A DNA stretch of 63,522 nucleotides, counting the filler, from Octopus bimaculoides (lineage: Eukaryota): NCBI RefSeq assembly GCF_001194135.2. It is 5 parts of 5 records of this genome, joined end to end, with 100 filler letters (N's around TTAATTAATTAA, not from the genome) between each part and the next. Parts side by side here need not be neighbours in the genome. Positions count along the whole stretch, not along the records: positions 20,520 to 34,904 come from NC_068981.1; positions 35,005 to 50,011 come from NC_068993.1; 3 more parts are not named here. One strand, written 5' to 3'. Position numbers and translations under genes: made by a program. Below are positions 23,270 to 36,596 of the stretch, piece after piece. Under the pieces are notes generated by a model, which saw only the letters and a program-made list of their open reading frames with translations, was not told the origin of the DNA and ran no database searches. Within the stretch, counting starts at the first letter, position 1; each line of letters begins with the position of its first letter.

Positions 23270-23470
23270 ACGATCGCCTTTTTGTTTTCGTACCATCTTC
23301 ATCATATGTTTCTGCCTACCATACCACATAGAAGGCTTGAGCAGTACAAGAGCTACTGGAACCAACTATTTCCTCTCCCGCACACACTTCAGTGGTCTTT
23401 TGACATCAGCAGAGCATTTGAAAAATGTCTGGCATGAGAATCTTCTAGCAAAGATAAACTTCCATCTACC
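23270..23470 (+). mobile_element. CR1/L2-like RT fragment
   Basis: FDISRAFE-VWHENLLAKI resembles the conserved LDISKAFD.VWH.GLL.KL RT motif; preceded by a DR..-FR-like segment. Confidence 0.55.
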
Positions 23471-24123
23471 TCTATTCCACAGCAGCAACACCACCACCAC
23501 CACCACCACCACCACCACNNNNNNNNNNNNNNNNNNNNNNNNNNNNNNNNNNNNNNNNNNNNNNNNNNNNNNNNNNNNNNNNNNNNNNNNNNNNNNNNNN
23601 NNNNNNNNNNNNNNNNNNNNNNNNNNNNNNNNNNNNNNNNNNNNNNNNNNNNNNNNNNNNNNNNNNNNNNNNNNNNNNNNNNNNNNNNNNNNNNNNNNNN
23701 NNNNNNNNNNNNNNNNNNNNNNNNNNNNNNNNNNNNNNNNNNNNNNNNNNNNNNNNNNNNNNNNNNNNNNNNNNNNNNNNNNNNNNNNNNNNNNNNNNNN
23801 NNNNNNNNNNNNNNNNNNNNNNNNNNNNNNNNNNNNNNNNNNNNNNNNNNNNNNNNNNNNNNNNNNNNNNNNNNNNNNNNNNNNNNNNNNNNNNNNNNNN
23901 NNNNNNNNNNNNNNNNNNNNNNNNNNNNNNNNNNNNNNNNNNNNNNNNNNNNNNNNNNNNNNNNNNNNNNNNNNNNNNNNNNNNNNNNNNNNNNNNNNNN
24001 NNNNNNNNNNNNNNNNNNNNNNNNNNNNNNNNNNNNNNNNNNNNNNNNNNNNNNNNNNNNNNNNNNNNNNNNNNNNNNNNNNNNNNNNNNNNNNNNNNNN
24101 NNNNNNNNNNNNNNNNNNNNNNN

Positions 24124-24405
24124 ATTAACGGAACAGTCTACTCGTGAAATGAACGTGCAAGTGGCTGAGTTCTCCACAGACACGCATTCCCTTAAAGTAG
24201 TTCTCAGGGAGATTCAGCATGACACACAGTGTAACAATGTTGGCCCTTTCAATTTCAAGAACAGCTCATTTTTGTCAGCTGAGTGAACTGAAGCGACGTG
24301 AAGTGAAGTGTCTTGCTCAAGGACACAATGCAACGCCGGTTTTAGAACTCACAACGTTACGATCGTGAGGCGAATAACCCTAACCACTAAGCCACGCACC
24401 TCCAC
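24124..24405 (-). mobile_element. tRNA-derived SINE family D (CORE/V-like central domain)
   Basis: Minus strand: GTGGAGGTGCGTGGCTTAGTGGTTAGGG (A box), GTGAGTTCTAAAACC (B-box-like), then TTGTGTCCTTGAGCAAGACACTTCAC. Confidence 0.75.
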
Positions 24406-24457
24406 TCTAACTTCGAGTCTATACAAAACATGAAAGTTTGTTTTTGAAGCGCTGAAA

Positions 24458-24625
24458 TGTATTGTAGAACAAGTAGAAAGATATATTTTTCAATGTGTAA
24501 ATACTGATAGAATAGCATATACAGGATAAAATCCTTACACAGCAGAAACAATTTATCCTATATATGCTGTTCTATCAGTGCTTACGCATTAAAAAAATAT
24601 ATCTTTCTACTTCCACTGCAATACA
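24458..24625. repeat. Fold-back inverted repeat (~74-bp arms, ~20-nt loop), MITE-like
   Basis: GTAGAAAGATATATTTTT..ACTGATAGAATAGCATATACAGGATAAA versus TTTATCCTATATATGCTGTTCTATCAGTG..AAAAAATATATCTTTCTAC. Confidence 0.8.
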
Positions 24626-25111
24626 AACTTTTGTTAATCTACATCTTGTGTGAACCCACCTCTTACATAATGTATTATACTCCTCTTAATAATTTCAGCT
24701 TCCTCATTCTTTATCTTCGATCCTCGAAGGGTTTAGTCGAACAAATTGGCCCTAGTACTTCTTTCCTAAGTCTGGAATTTATTTTATAGACATCCTTTGC
24801 CGAACCGCTAGTTCTTTTACTTCGAATGTTAAGAGAATGGAATCTGCACTTTCGAATATTTTCTCTCTGAATCTTCACTTTAAAAAAGGGGTTTGACCTA
24901 GAGGAAGGAGTTGTGTTCATAGCCTTTGCATACCGTCCAATACAGGTGAGATCGATGCAGTTAATTTTTTTGATTAGCTAGAAGACCACGACCCCAGGAG
25001 AAAAAAATTCTAAAATAAACATAGAGAGGGTGGGATCCCAGGAGACTGATGTTCGGAGAAGGAAGGACTGGGATTAGTGTATAGTGTAAGTAGACAGTAT
25101 AGGGAAAGATG

Positions 25112-25300
25112 AAAGCAGGTGAGCTAGCAGAATCGTTAGCACGCTGGGGGAAAATGCTTAGCGGTATTTCGTCCGTCTTTACGTTCTGAGTTCAAATTTC
25201 ATCGAAGTCGATTTTGTTTTTCATCCTTTCGGAGTTGATAAAATATGTATCAGTTGAGCACTGGGGTCGAAACCATATATTGATACCAAAATTTGAAACC
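25112..25300 (+). mobile_element. SINE family A copy
   Basis: GGTGAGCTAGCAGAATCGTTAGCACG..GAGTTCAAATT..TTTCATCCTTTCGGAGTTGATAAAA. Confidence 0.85.
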
Positions 25301-25774
25301 CAATACATGGACAGATGAGAATAAGAAAAAGACGACCGAATCAGGAATGCTTAAGTGCTTTGGTAGCACGAGGTCAATAAGCTCCATTGTGTAGAAACCT
25401 CCATAGATGTAATAAAAAATGCAAAATAAGGAGACAACACGTCTTTGGGCCAATGATTAAAGCGGCTTCATATTAGTCAGACGAGCGGTCATCCATTGGA
25501 TGTAATCTAAGTGTTTTTATGCATAGTAGCATCATTTATCCAGCTATAGAGAAGCACTTCATTGTTAGTCGTCCCGTTAGAAGCTAAAAATCTTTCCTGG
25601 TTCCAATAAGGAAGGCCATTCTTTATCATGCAGCTTTCTGATTATACTTCGGTGCTGTTGAAGAAGACTAGATTATTATGTCTATATTGAATGACGTTGT
25701 TGCAGTTGCTTAGCCTCGTGTTGACCATGAACCTACAGACATGTGACAAGAGAAGGCCATGGCTGGATATATCT

Positions 25775-25975
25775 TTTATCTTTTACGTGTTTCGATCATT
25801 GGACTGCGGCTATGCTGGGGCACCTCCTTCAAGGGTTTATTCGAGCAAATCGAACCTAGAACTTATTTTAACGTTCTCTTTTGCCGAAACGCTAATTCAA
25901 AAGGCCGTAAAAGAAAACCAACATCGGTTGTCAAGCGATGGCTGCGGGGAGGCACAAACACAAAGACATACGTAT
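25775..25975 (-). mobile_element. SINE family B 3' half
   Basis: GACTGCGGCTATGCTGGGGCACC..TTTGCCGAAACGCTAA..CATCGGTTGTCAAGCGATG. Confidence 0.8.
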
Positions 25976-26266
25976 ATATACATATATATATATATATATA
26001 TANNNNNNNNNNNNNNNNNNNNNNNNNNNNNNNNNNNNNNNNNNNNNNNNNNNNNNNNNNNNNNNNNNNNNNNNNNNNNNNNNNNNNNNNNNNNNNNNNN
26101 NNNNNNNNNNNNNNNNNNNNNNNNNNNNNNNNNNNNNNNNNNNNCCCTGCTCCTCTTTTTCTTACATAGTTTATCTAGAACTACACTTTTCAATATACCC
26201 TTTGGAAGGATATGACATGGTGGAGGTTTGCTTGCTATTTCTAGCATTTAGAGCGACCGCTTAGAG

Positions 26267-26484
26267 CAGTGGTTTTCAACAGAGGTCCATACGACCCATG
26301 TGGTCCCATATAAGATTCTGTTGTTAAAGTTTATCTGCAATATATTTTGACAATTTTCATTAAACAATTTCTAATAATACTTAATTATGAAAATATGATT
26401 TTTTTAAAACGTCGAATGGCTGGAAGGGTTCATCCGGGTAAAATAGCAATCAAAGGGGTCCATAGTTAAAAAGTGAGACCACTG
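26267..26484. mobile_element. hAT (Charlie-like) MITE, 218 bp, with 8-bp TSD
   Basis: Ends CAGTGGTTTTCAAC and GAGACCACTG; flanks GCTTAGAG (26259-26266) and GTTTAGAG (26485-26492), 7/8 identical. Confidence 0.8.
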
Positions 26485-27662
26485 GTTTAGAGATTGACTT
26501 GTTGGCTCATATTGAATATGTTATCTCCTGTATTGCTATGAAAGTAACGCAGATCAGTCCCAAGACAAGAAGTCTGAGTGTCAATGACGTTGAGGTGCGG
26601 TGGATGAAAAGGACTTGTTGCTGTTGTTTAGCTCCAGATCATTGTTAGTTTTTAGCTTTTATCGTTGATTGGTTTCAGTCACTAGACTGCTACCATGCTT
26701 CTTCTTTTCGGCTTTCACCACATGACTTCATACGCAGTTTCTTAAGATTACCTCCCCTTATCAGGACCGCGTGCATATGTTCTCTTGTTAGCGTTTCAGT
26801 GGCAACATAGAAAACTGATAATGCAAGGCTGCTAACCCTACACCTACCNNNNNNNNNNNNNNNNNNNNNNNNNNNNNNNNNNNNNNNNNNNNNNNNNNNN
26901 NNNNNNNNNNNNNNNNNNNNNNNNNNNNNNNNNNNNNNNNNNNNNNNNNNNNNNNNNNNNNNNNNNNNNNNNNNNNNNNNNNNNNNNNNNNNNNNNNNNN
27001 NNNNNNNNNNNNNNNNNNNNNNNNNNNNNNNNNNNNNNNNNNNNNNNNNNNNNNNNNNNNNNNNNNNNNNNNNNNNNNNNNNNNNNNNNNNNNNNNNNNN
27101 NNNNNNNNNNNNNNNNNNNNNNNNNNNNNNNNNNNNNNNNNNNNNNNNNNNNNNNNNNNNNNNNNNNNNNNNNNNNNNNNNNNNNNNNNNNNNNNNNNNN
27201 NNNNNNNNNNNNNNNNNNNNNNNNNNNNNNNNNNNNNNNNNNNCTGGTTGACCGCCATAGCTATTTGATGTTTAAAAACTAGTTTTATAGAAACCTCTTT
27301 CAAAATTCCTATTTTGTTTTTCACACATTCCCTTGTGTAGGTTGAACTATGTAGAATGTTAAAGAAAGAAACCTAGCTATTTCTTGCAATACATACTAAT
27401 ACATACATCTTAGCAAAATTTTTTTTCAGGGGCCCTTAAAATACTATTACAGATTCCCAAATCCCTATTTTATTGCTTAGGACCCTCAGGGGCCTTCTGG
27501 ACCCCAGTTGAAAACCAACACTAAACATTCGCATAATTCCACTGCCTTGTCTCCGAAGTATCTTTTCTTGGACCAGATCACCGGATGTTCTTATACTCGC
27601 TGATCACAATGCTCTTCCGCTCATTACTTACACGTTCCTCTTCCATTTGAGCCTTAAAATTT

Positions 27663-27822
27663 CAGTGGCGTAGCTAGAGTATGTCACCCGGGAGCGCTTT
27701 TGAGTTTGCCGCCCTTACCCGGGTCCCCAAGCCTATAACAGACGCTTATACAGCAGATCTTAAAGTGCCGCTCTCACAAAGCGTCGCCCTGAGTAGACCT
27801 ACCCTCCCCAGCTACGTTATTG
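27663..27822. mobile_element. hAT-like MITE, 160 bp
   Basis: CAGTGGCGTAGCT start and AGCTACGTTATTG end (imperfect TIR); GC-rich interior; no clear TSD. Confidence 0.55.
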
Positions 27823-28745
27823 GAATTGCTTAACTGTTACGGTATCCGAGATCAGTTCCTCACAGGCGCAAAAGCAGCAATAACTATTCAATAAATATGG
27901 TGACATATCTTGGGAGGTTGTGTCAGGACATTTAGCCATAAAAATGGGAAAACATACATTCATTCATCTGGCTGCTATTTCTAGCAGTTTGAGTGACCAA
28001 GTAGAAACTCCGTCAGTGGAGCCTCTACGTGGTAAGCTCATTGCATTGCTTAATAAGCAGTGGTTTATGTAAATGTAGTTATATCAAGTGATAACAATAG
28101 TTGGGTGTTGTCTCGATATAGAGTATTGTGCAGATTACAACAGCCAACGTTAATTGACCAATACGGGTTACATGAAAGAGAGGGAGAGGTGCGAGGAGCA
28201 GGAGGAGGAGGAGACAGAGATAGTTATTAAATAACAGGCCGTTTTGTCTGCTATGAAATTCGTTATCTGATACAGATAATAAAAGCTTGTGAATATCTGG
28301 AGACACGAGCTATTTGGTTAAACGATTTAACTAGGTTGAATGGAAAACAAGAAAAAGAAAAAACTTGCTTTATGTGTTTCATTTACGGGCGTAGACACGA
28401 GTCCTGTGAGCGTGCGTGTGTTTGTGTGTTGTGTGGGGTAGTGTGTGTNNNNNNNNNNNNNNNNNNNNNNNNNNNNNNNNNNNNNNNNNNNNNNNNNNNN
28501 NNNNNNNNNNNNNNNNNNNNNNNNNNNNNNNNNNNNNNNNNNNNNNNNNNNNNNNNNNNNNNNNNNNNNNNNNNNNNNNNNNNNNNNNNNNNNNNNNNNN
28601 NNNNNNNNNNNNNNNNNNNNNNNNNNNNNNNNNNNNNNNNNNNNNNNNNNCTTTCTCTCTCTCTCTTTCTCTCCCTCTCTCTTTCTTTCTCTCTCTCACT
28701 CTCTCTCTCTTTCTCTCTCTCTCTTTCTCTCCCTCTCTCTCTCTT

Positions 28746-28816
<71 letters not shown>

Positions 28817-29337
28817 ACATAAACGAACACACGTACATACATACATACATACATACATACATACATACAATCTACGTGTTTCTGTGATTATCCATGTAAA
28901 AATAGCTGTGTCAAAAAGAGGCAACCTAGCATGTCGATGAAAAGATATTGATAAAATAAAAACCACCAGATCGAAGCAAATTCTGGCGTAGATATGAAAA
29001 GTTAAAACTGTTGAAGATGTTACCATACAATGGCCGCCATTCTATGATTGGAACTTTCTACAAAAGCATGAAGTCTAAGATTTGGAGGGAAGCGGGTAGT
29101 CTGTTTCATGGATCCCAGTGCTTTGCTAGTATATATTTCATGGACCGCCCAAATGTAAAAAAAAAAAAGAAAAAAAAAACGAAAACGCAAACTAGGTGAA
29201 ATTTGAACTCAGAACGTAAAAACTAACGCAAATGTCGCTAAGCATTTTGATCTGCGTGTTTATGATTCTGTCAGCTCGTCGTCTTATGGTTGTTGTTTGT
29301 TCCTTCAAGAACCATGTTTAGCTTATAAGGGCCTGTT

Positions 29338-29551
29338 TTGACGCCGGTCCGTCGCAGCTGATGTGCCAGACGCAGGAGGAAAGAGTGAAAGTTGTGGTGA
29401 AAGAGTCAGCAGAAGGTCGCCATTACCCTTTCTGCCGGAGCCGCTTGGAGCTTTCGCTCATAAACGCACACATCGCCCTGTCTGAGATTCGAATCCGCGA
29501 TCCCTCGACGCGAGTCCACTGCTCTAACCACTAAGCCATGTGCCGCCACCG
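29338..29551 (-). mobile_element. tRNA-derived SINE family C
   Basis: Minus strand: TGGCTTAGTGGTTAGAGC (A box), GATTCGAATCTC (B box). Homologous to 34497-34710. Confidence 0.85.
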
Positions 29552-31995
29552 TCTTATGGTTGGGACTGGTAAAGTAACTTTTTCTACTATAGGCTTGAAA
29601 GAGCAAAGTTGATCTCAGCTGGATTTGAACTCAGAGCGAAGGAAACCTAAACGATTACCGCAAAGTTATCTACCCAATGCTCCAACGACTTCGCCAGTTA
29701 GCCGCTTTTAATTCTTATAAAATAATGGCTTCAAATTTTGGCACAAGGCCAGCAATTTTAGGTGTTGGGGTAAGTCGATTACATCGATCCTAGTTCTGAA
29801 TTGTTACTTATTTTACTCACCAGTTTCGGAATATTAACTTTCTGTTCTATCATGGTATACCAACTTATCCAAAATTTCGAATACTTTAAAAATATTTGTT
29901 TACCGAGCATGCTGTGAGCATGAACTGTTGATTATATTACATAATATTGATTTGTCAGATTAATTCTTTCATTTCTTTTCCTACTTGGCACTCCATCATC
30001 ATATGTCTGAAATGATGTAAAATTCTTTCAGATTTCACAAACGATGAACAAAAATTATGCAGAAAGAATGTAGAAAGGAAAAAAAAAACAAAGAAAAACA
30101 CGATAAACTACGATTAGAATACTTTTCATGTAAATTCAAGTATCAAAGCAAAAGATGAATTAAATAGGAAAAAAAAACCCGACAAATTTATCTGACAACT
30201 CAACGCTAGATGACTGCTATAGATTGATGGAAGCATTCCACTTCACTGGCGACAATGCCTTTCAGAAGTGAATGAACGCCACAATGCGTCCACTGCCATT
30301 TTTCTGATCCATTGAAAGACACTCTATGAGGTCACTCGAAAACTAGAGACAACAATTATATTTCCCTTTCAAATCGCCCCCGTTTCTATTTTACGAAAAA
30401 CGTCACATTGCATAATGGCATGAAATCCCCCAAAAGACTCTTTATGTAACAAAAACAACAAAAAAAGACTGGATTGTCACGGTTGGCATGCCTTTTGACC
30501 ATACACGGGTTTGCTTGAACAAAGCCAAATCTAGAGATACACAACAACAACAACAACAACAACAGCAACAATGACAACAATAACTCTCATCTTTTATAAA
30601 TTTCAGAGAAATTCAAGTGAGAAAATCGATATTAAAAATGTGAAAAAAAAAAAAAAAAAAAAAAAATTTACAGCAGTTTTCACTGCTAATGAAATCTATA
30701 ATTAGTTTGTCAATTAATTAGCTTAGTTGGTGGTAGAGCAGACAGTACATTTTATTTCGTAAGTTTATCAAACAGCTTGAATAATTAAATAAGCAATTCA
30801 CTGTTGACTCATTTATAAATATATGAGTTCTTTTCCTTTGATCATATAGAAATAAAATAATGTTTCATATCATTATAAACACTTAACCATTTATTTTCAG
30901 GCTTATATTATGAATCTAATATAATATTTATTATATATATTAGGATATTATATAATACCATGCATATATGTGTATATGTATATTATATTATAATTATATT
31001 ATATTATTGTTCAGTGGAAGCTGAAACGTAAGCAAATTATTTTAGGAGCAAAGTGCTGAGCACTCGATGCTCCTCAGCCCGTGTAACATACATATATATA
31101 CAAACATGCATACAGACACACACATACATACATACATACATGCATGCTTGTTACTTTTCAAACACAAGCGTCAACACTGTCCCAAAATAACGCATAGAAA
31201 TAAAATTAAAAATCCCGGCCCTGCGGTCTCTCGCAGAAGGTCGGGGAGGGGGGGGGTTCAAGAAAAGAAATGTTGAAAGACTGAGGGTTGAAATGAAGTG
31301 GTAGTTGAGTAGATGTGTTAGTGCTTGATAAAGACATATAAGTTTATGACTTCATTTCTTCAGTTTCCCCTTAATTTATCCCTCTTCTCTCTCTCTGTCT
31401 AATTCAAATTCTTTTTACTTTCTTGCTACGCACACATAGGCACATACACACATACACACACACATACATACATACATACATACATACATACATACATACA
31501 TGCATACATACGTGCATGCGTACATGCGTACATGCGTACATACATACATACAACCATACATACATACATAGTGAGTTCAAACAAGAAAAGCGACAAAAAG
31601 AACAACAAAAACAACAACGCGAGGACGTGACAGATATTGTGTTACTGGACGCTCAGGAAAGAAAAGACATACATACATACATACATGCATGCATACATAC
31701 ATACATACATACATACATACATACATACATACACACAAATATTTTCACTCATGCCTTTTACACGAAAATCTATGGGCAGTATGCATACATTGGAATACTT
31801 CAGTTGTTAAAATTTGTCATCAAAATTCATATAACTTTGAAAAGTTAGTATGCATCTTTAGTCGACATGGGAGGTAGAAAATAATGTGCATTTTGTTTCA
31901 CATGTGTTTATATTTGTAATAGGCTCAGGTATTATGCTCTCTGGATCGGGTTGTTTATGACTTAAATTTTGAAATGCTTGAAATGACTTTAATTA

Positions 31996-32069
<74 letters not shown>

Positions 32070-32129
32070 CACATATTCACGCGCGCGTAAAAACATTCAC
32101 ACACAGATCAAAATAAATGTCCTTTGTAT

Positions 32130-32960
32130 AAGAGAAGAAATCCAGGTGATGGAAGCTTACAGAGTGCAATAACAAAATACATTTCTACAACTATTGGAGT
32201 ATACTATTCGACCGTCTTCTTTTGAGCATCTTGAATGTATAAGTCGATGTTGAAGCCTGATATTCCATGAAGTTTATCAAGTATGTTTAGAAGTACAATA
32301 TTAAATGTAATTGTTAGGCAATATTTGGAATGCAACGGAAGGGAGCTCGACATGATGTGGTATCAGTATTTCAGACAAGTCATGTCACCAGTAGCAATGA
32401 GGCTGTATGGTGTATTCTGAACTTTCTTAGCCGTTAGCACTAAACCGTTGTTATGCAGCTGGAGGTTCATTTCATAAATGAGTTTACTTTATAGAAGGAA
32501 CAGCGCAACAACAAATATAGCATCCAACTATGACAAGATTAACCGCATTTTGCCTTTGCCAGGTATCGTCTCCCTTCTGAAGTGCTAAATATTATCCCTA
32601 GCAAGAAGGTAAAAACGCCCATTTCAACTTATAAAGTAAGCTGCAACAAATCACATGAAATCTATTTAAGTGTTAAGTCGTATGTATAACGTGCATACCT
32701 TAGCTTCAATTGATTTATCTCAGAATTTCCTACTCAACGATCTCAGTCCAATTTCATTCCAAGATCTGAAAACACTTTCAGGGTATGTCTGTGTCAAATA
32801 CTATGAAACTTGCCAGAGGAAAGACCCCTTAAAAGATGAAACAAATTGGAATCGTACTTTGGAAGAGGTTGCAGTCTCCAAGCAAGGAGAGAAGTACTTT
32901 TGATATCGTCCATTTTTGTTGCATTTCACCATCCAGTTTCCAGCAGCCTTGACTCCATGG
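32130..32960 (+). pseudogene. Helitron Rep/Helicase fragment (C-terminal Rep region and linker), degenerate
   Basis: SMKFIKYV*KY..HDVVSVFQ..SSNEAVWCILNF..VMQLEVHF, then PISFQDLKTLSGYVCVKYYETCQRKDPLKDETNWNRTLEEVAVS. These match Helitron motifs SIKYxCKYxxKG, SSNEAVWRI, VxxLxVHLE and PTSFEDLKTVNG..ACxxLGLLEDD..W..TLEEA. Confidence 0.85.
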
Positions 32961-33060
32961 CAGAATACAAAGTGTATTAATCAAACTAAGAGTAAAACAA
33001 TAACCTACACTTGGAGTACAGCTCCCAAGTATGAATCGAAGAACTGAACCTTATTGAAAA

Positions 33061-33908
33061 CTAGCTGTTTTCCCCGGTTTCACTCGGGCAGTGTGGTGGA
33101 TTTGGTTAAAGGCTATTTCCTATGTATATTTTGAATAATAAAAAGAACTAAAAAGTAAAAAAAAAAAAATTCCCAAAACAAAAAAAAAGTAAGAAGAATC
33201 CCAAAACAATACGATGCTAAGGATTTTGCGGGTCGATATTGTAAAACTAACTTCACGTATGTACCCATAGCCCCATGTAGTCACGGAACCTTATTTGTGG
33301 TATAACCTCGCCTTAAAAGAAAAATATATGGTAGTGCGNNNNNNNNNNNNNNNNNNNNNNNNNNNNNNNNNNNNNNNNNNNNNNNNNNNNNNNNNNNNNN
33401 NNNNNNNNNNNNNNNNNNNNNNNNNNNNNNNNNNNNNNNNNNNNNNNNNNNNNNNNNNNNNNNNNNNNNNNNNNNNNNNNNNNNNNNNNNNNNNNNNNNN
33501 NNNNNNNNNNNNNNNNNNNNNNNNNNNNNNNNNNNNNNNNNNNTGAAATTATTTTCTTTCTGTGCCTCTGATTAAAATTTTCGAAAAACAAACCCAGCCA
33601 CATTACTTGGAAAAAAATAATCTTTATTGTGCTGGTTTTTCGTAAAATTTCGCGCATGGGAACGGTAACAAAATCGCCCCTCCCCACTTTGAATGGGATA
33701 TTCCTATCTTAAAAAGTTATAATCGATTATCTCGGTAACCATGGGAGTTGGAGGGCAATAAAAATCTCCTGAACATGAGCGGACCATGCTGCCGCTCTGT
33801 GCTGAATTTCACGCGATTCCACTGCACCGTTCTCGAGTGAATCTGCCGACACTCAATCAATCAATCAATCAATCAAACAATCAAGAACACTGCAATTTAT
33901 AGTATAGA
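33061..33908 (-). mobile_element. Complete non-autonomous Helitron
   Basis: Minus strand: A|TCTATACT.. 5' end and ..CTAG|T 3' end; CCCG..CGGG hairpin (33073-33088) about 10 nt from the CTAG; (TTGA)n microsatellite near the 5' end. Confidence 0.85.
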
Positions 33909-34496
33909 TACCCTACAATCAATAGCTAGTAAAGGATCTTTAAAAGTATAGGATATCAGATTCGGTATGATCTGCAGTTGTACATTTTCAGACAACCAAC
34001 TATGACATTCAACACTGAGAACATTATGTACACAAAAGTTAAACTCTTGATTACAGAAAAAATACACTTACGCAAAGATCAAACAACTGGTGATATCTAA
34101 CTCGAGAAAAGTATATTTACTTTATGCCGCCATGTTGTACATTTTTGATCAGCCTAACTTTGTGAAAAGTTCGTTCACACAAAAGAAATCGTTGTTGCAG
34201 TGGCCTAATTTAATAATTGTTGCAGCTTTGTTCACATGCGGTAGGAGTATATTGACAATGAATTTAAACAAGCAGAGGTACTGAAGCAGGCTATATCGAC
34301 AGTACGGTCATAGGTATGTATTCAAAGTTCTCGATCATATCTGACGCAATCTCAGAGAAAACACTAACATCATGGGTGGAGTCAGTCTTATTTTCGGTTG
34401 ATTGCAGGCGAACCCTGTTAGTCATTCCGTAAAGTGAAAAGATGAGAGAGTAACTCAGAGAATCCTATGTTTTAGCACGAGAGGTATAGCTTCCCT

Positions 34497-34710
34497 ACCT
34501 GAATGGGACGCCGGTCCGTCGAAGGTGACCTATTAGATGCAGGAGGAAAGAGTGAGAAAATGTTGTGGTTAGCCGAACTTCGCCATTACCTTCTGCCGGA
34601 GCCGAATGGAGCTTAGGTGCTTCGCTCATAAACATACACATCTCCCGGTCTGAGATTCGAACCCGCGATCCTGAGTCCCCTGCTCTAACCACTAGGCCAC
34701 GTGCCTCCAC
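34497..34710 (-). mobile_element. tRNA-derived SINE family C
   Basis: GTGGAGGCACGTGGCCTAGTGGTTAGAGC..GGGTTCGAATCTC on the minus strand. Confidence 0.85.
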
Positions 34711-34863
34711 TACAATTTATACTAATATATAATTATATAAATATAATTGTATTAAAGGTTGCGGATAAACCCCATCAACACGCTAGAAATCGACGCCAAA
34801 TGACTCTAAAGACCACATTTTGTGATTTTTAGAGATATTTGGCGTTTGTGTATATTTATATAT

Positions 34864-34904
<41 letters not shown>

Positions 34905-35004
34905 NNNNNNNNNNNNNNNNNNNNNNNNNNNNNNNNNNNNNNNNNNNNTTAATTAATTAANNNNNNNNNNNNNNNNNNNNNNNNNNNNNNNNNNNNNNNN
35001 NNNN
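34905..35004. other. Artificial scaffold linker
   Basis: N44-TTAATTAATTAA-N44. Confidence 0.97.
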
Positions 35005-35791
35005 TATATATATATATATATATGTATATGCACCACACATATGTATGCATTAATTTAGATTCCGGTCTTATAGGTCGTCGGCTGTTCTCCAAGTGTTGTT
35101 ACAGTATCTTCAGAGGCCAACATGAATTAGACCTCTCATAATACTGAGGTAACTCAGTGAAGCAATCAATCAGATTTCAAGTCGGAGTATCATTTGAATG
35201 AAATATATATTCTACATTTTAAAAAGTGTTAAATTCTGTATTATAGACTAGTCTCCTGGATTATTTGATCTAAACTATCCCTATTGGGAAGAAAGGAAGT
35301 TATTTTCAGACCAGAGACCTGACTCAAATTCTTGTAGCTATCATGAGAAACCGAGGCTGGAAAGGTGTTAAATCTGAACATAACTCAAGGGTATCGTTCG
35401 AGCGGAGTTTGTTAAAAGAACCCGAGGTCCAAGGCATGTGTCAAATCTGGAAATAGATAAAGGTACAACCCTGGTGGAAGCTGCTAAAGGTACCCAAGGG
35501 TCAAGTGGTGTCGTTATTAAGGCTAACAGATCAAGGGAACAACCTTAGCAAAAGGTACTCGACGGCGATCAGGTTGTGTTTTATACAACAACTGCAATAT
35601 AAAATATACCAAACTATTTAACATCCACCCTTAGGAGTCAGCCACATTTAAGTGGCAAATATACTTCTATTTATAAAGTGTTCCATGTATAAGCTGTGAG
35701 TGTTTTTTATAGATTTCTATGTTCTTCACTGTCTATTAAGTTTGGCAACAGACCAACTTACCTCTACGGCATATTAGGGCGTTCTGAGAGA

Positions 35792-35834
<43 letters not shown>

Positions 35835-36513
35835 NNNNNNNNNNNNNNNNNNNNNNNNNNNNNNNNNNNNNNNNNNNNNNNNNNNNNNNNNNNNNNNNNN
35901 NNNNNNNNNNNNNNNNNNNNNNNNNNNNNNNNNNNNNNNNNNNNNNNNNNNNNNNNNNNNNNNNNNNNNNNNNNNNNNNNNNNNNNNNNNNNNNNNNNNN
36001 NNNNNNNNNNNNNNNNNNNNNNNNNNNNNNNNNNNNNNNNNNNNNNNNNNNNNNNNNNNNNNNNNNNNNNNNNNNNNNNNNNNNNNNNNNNNNNNNNNNN
36101 NNNNNNNNNNNNNNNNNNNNNNNNNNNNNNNNNNNNNNNNNNNNNNNNNNNNNNNNNNNNNNNNNNNNNNNNNNNNNNNNNNNNNNNNNNNNNNNNNNNN
36201 NNNNNNNNNNNNNNNNNNNNNNNNNNNNNNNNNNNNNNNNNNNNNNNNNNNNNNNNNNNNNNNNNNNNNNNNNNNNNNNNNNNNNNNNNNNNNNNNNNNN
36301 NNNNNNNNNNNNNNNNNNNNNNNNNNNNNNNNNNNNNNNNNNNNNNNNNNNNNNNNNNNNNNNNNNNNNNNNNNNNNNNNNNNNNNNNNNNNNNNNNNNN
36401 NNNNNNNNNNNNNNNNNNNNNNNNNNNNNNNNNNNNNNNNNNNNNNNNNNNNNNNNNNNNNNNNNNNNNNNNNNNNNNNNNNNNNNNNNNNNNNNNNNNN
36501 NNNNNNNNNNNNN

Positions 36514-36596
<83 letters not shown>

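Noticed and set aside
35343-35460. Short ORF MRNRGWKGVKSEHNSRVSF... in relatively GC-rich sequence
   Set aside because: Under 40 codons, with no splice or homology support.
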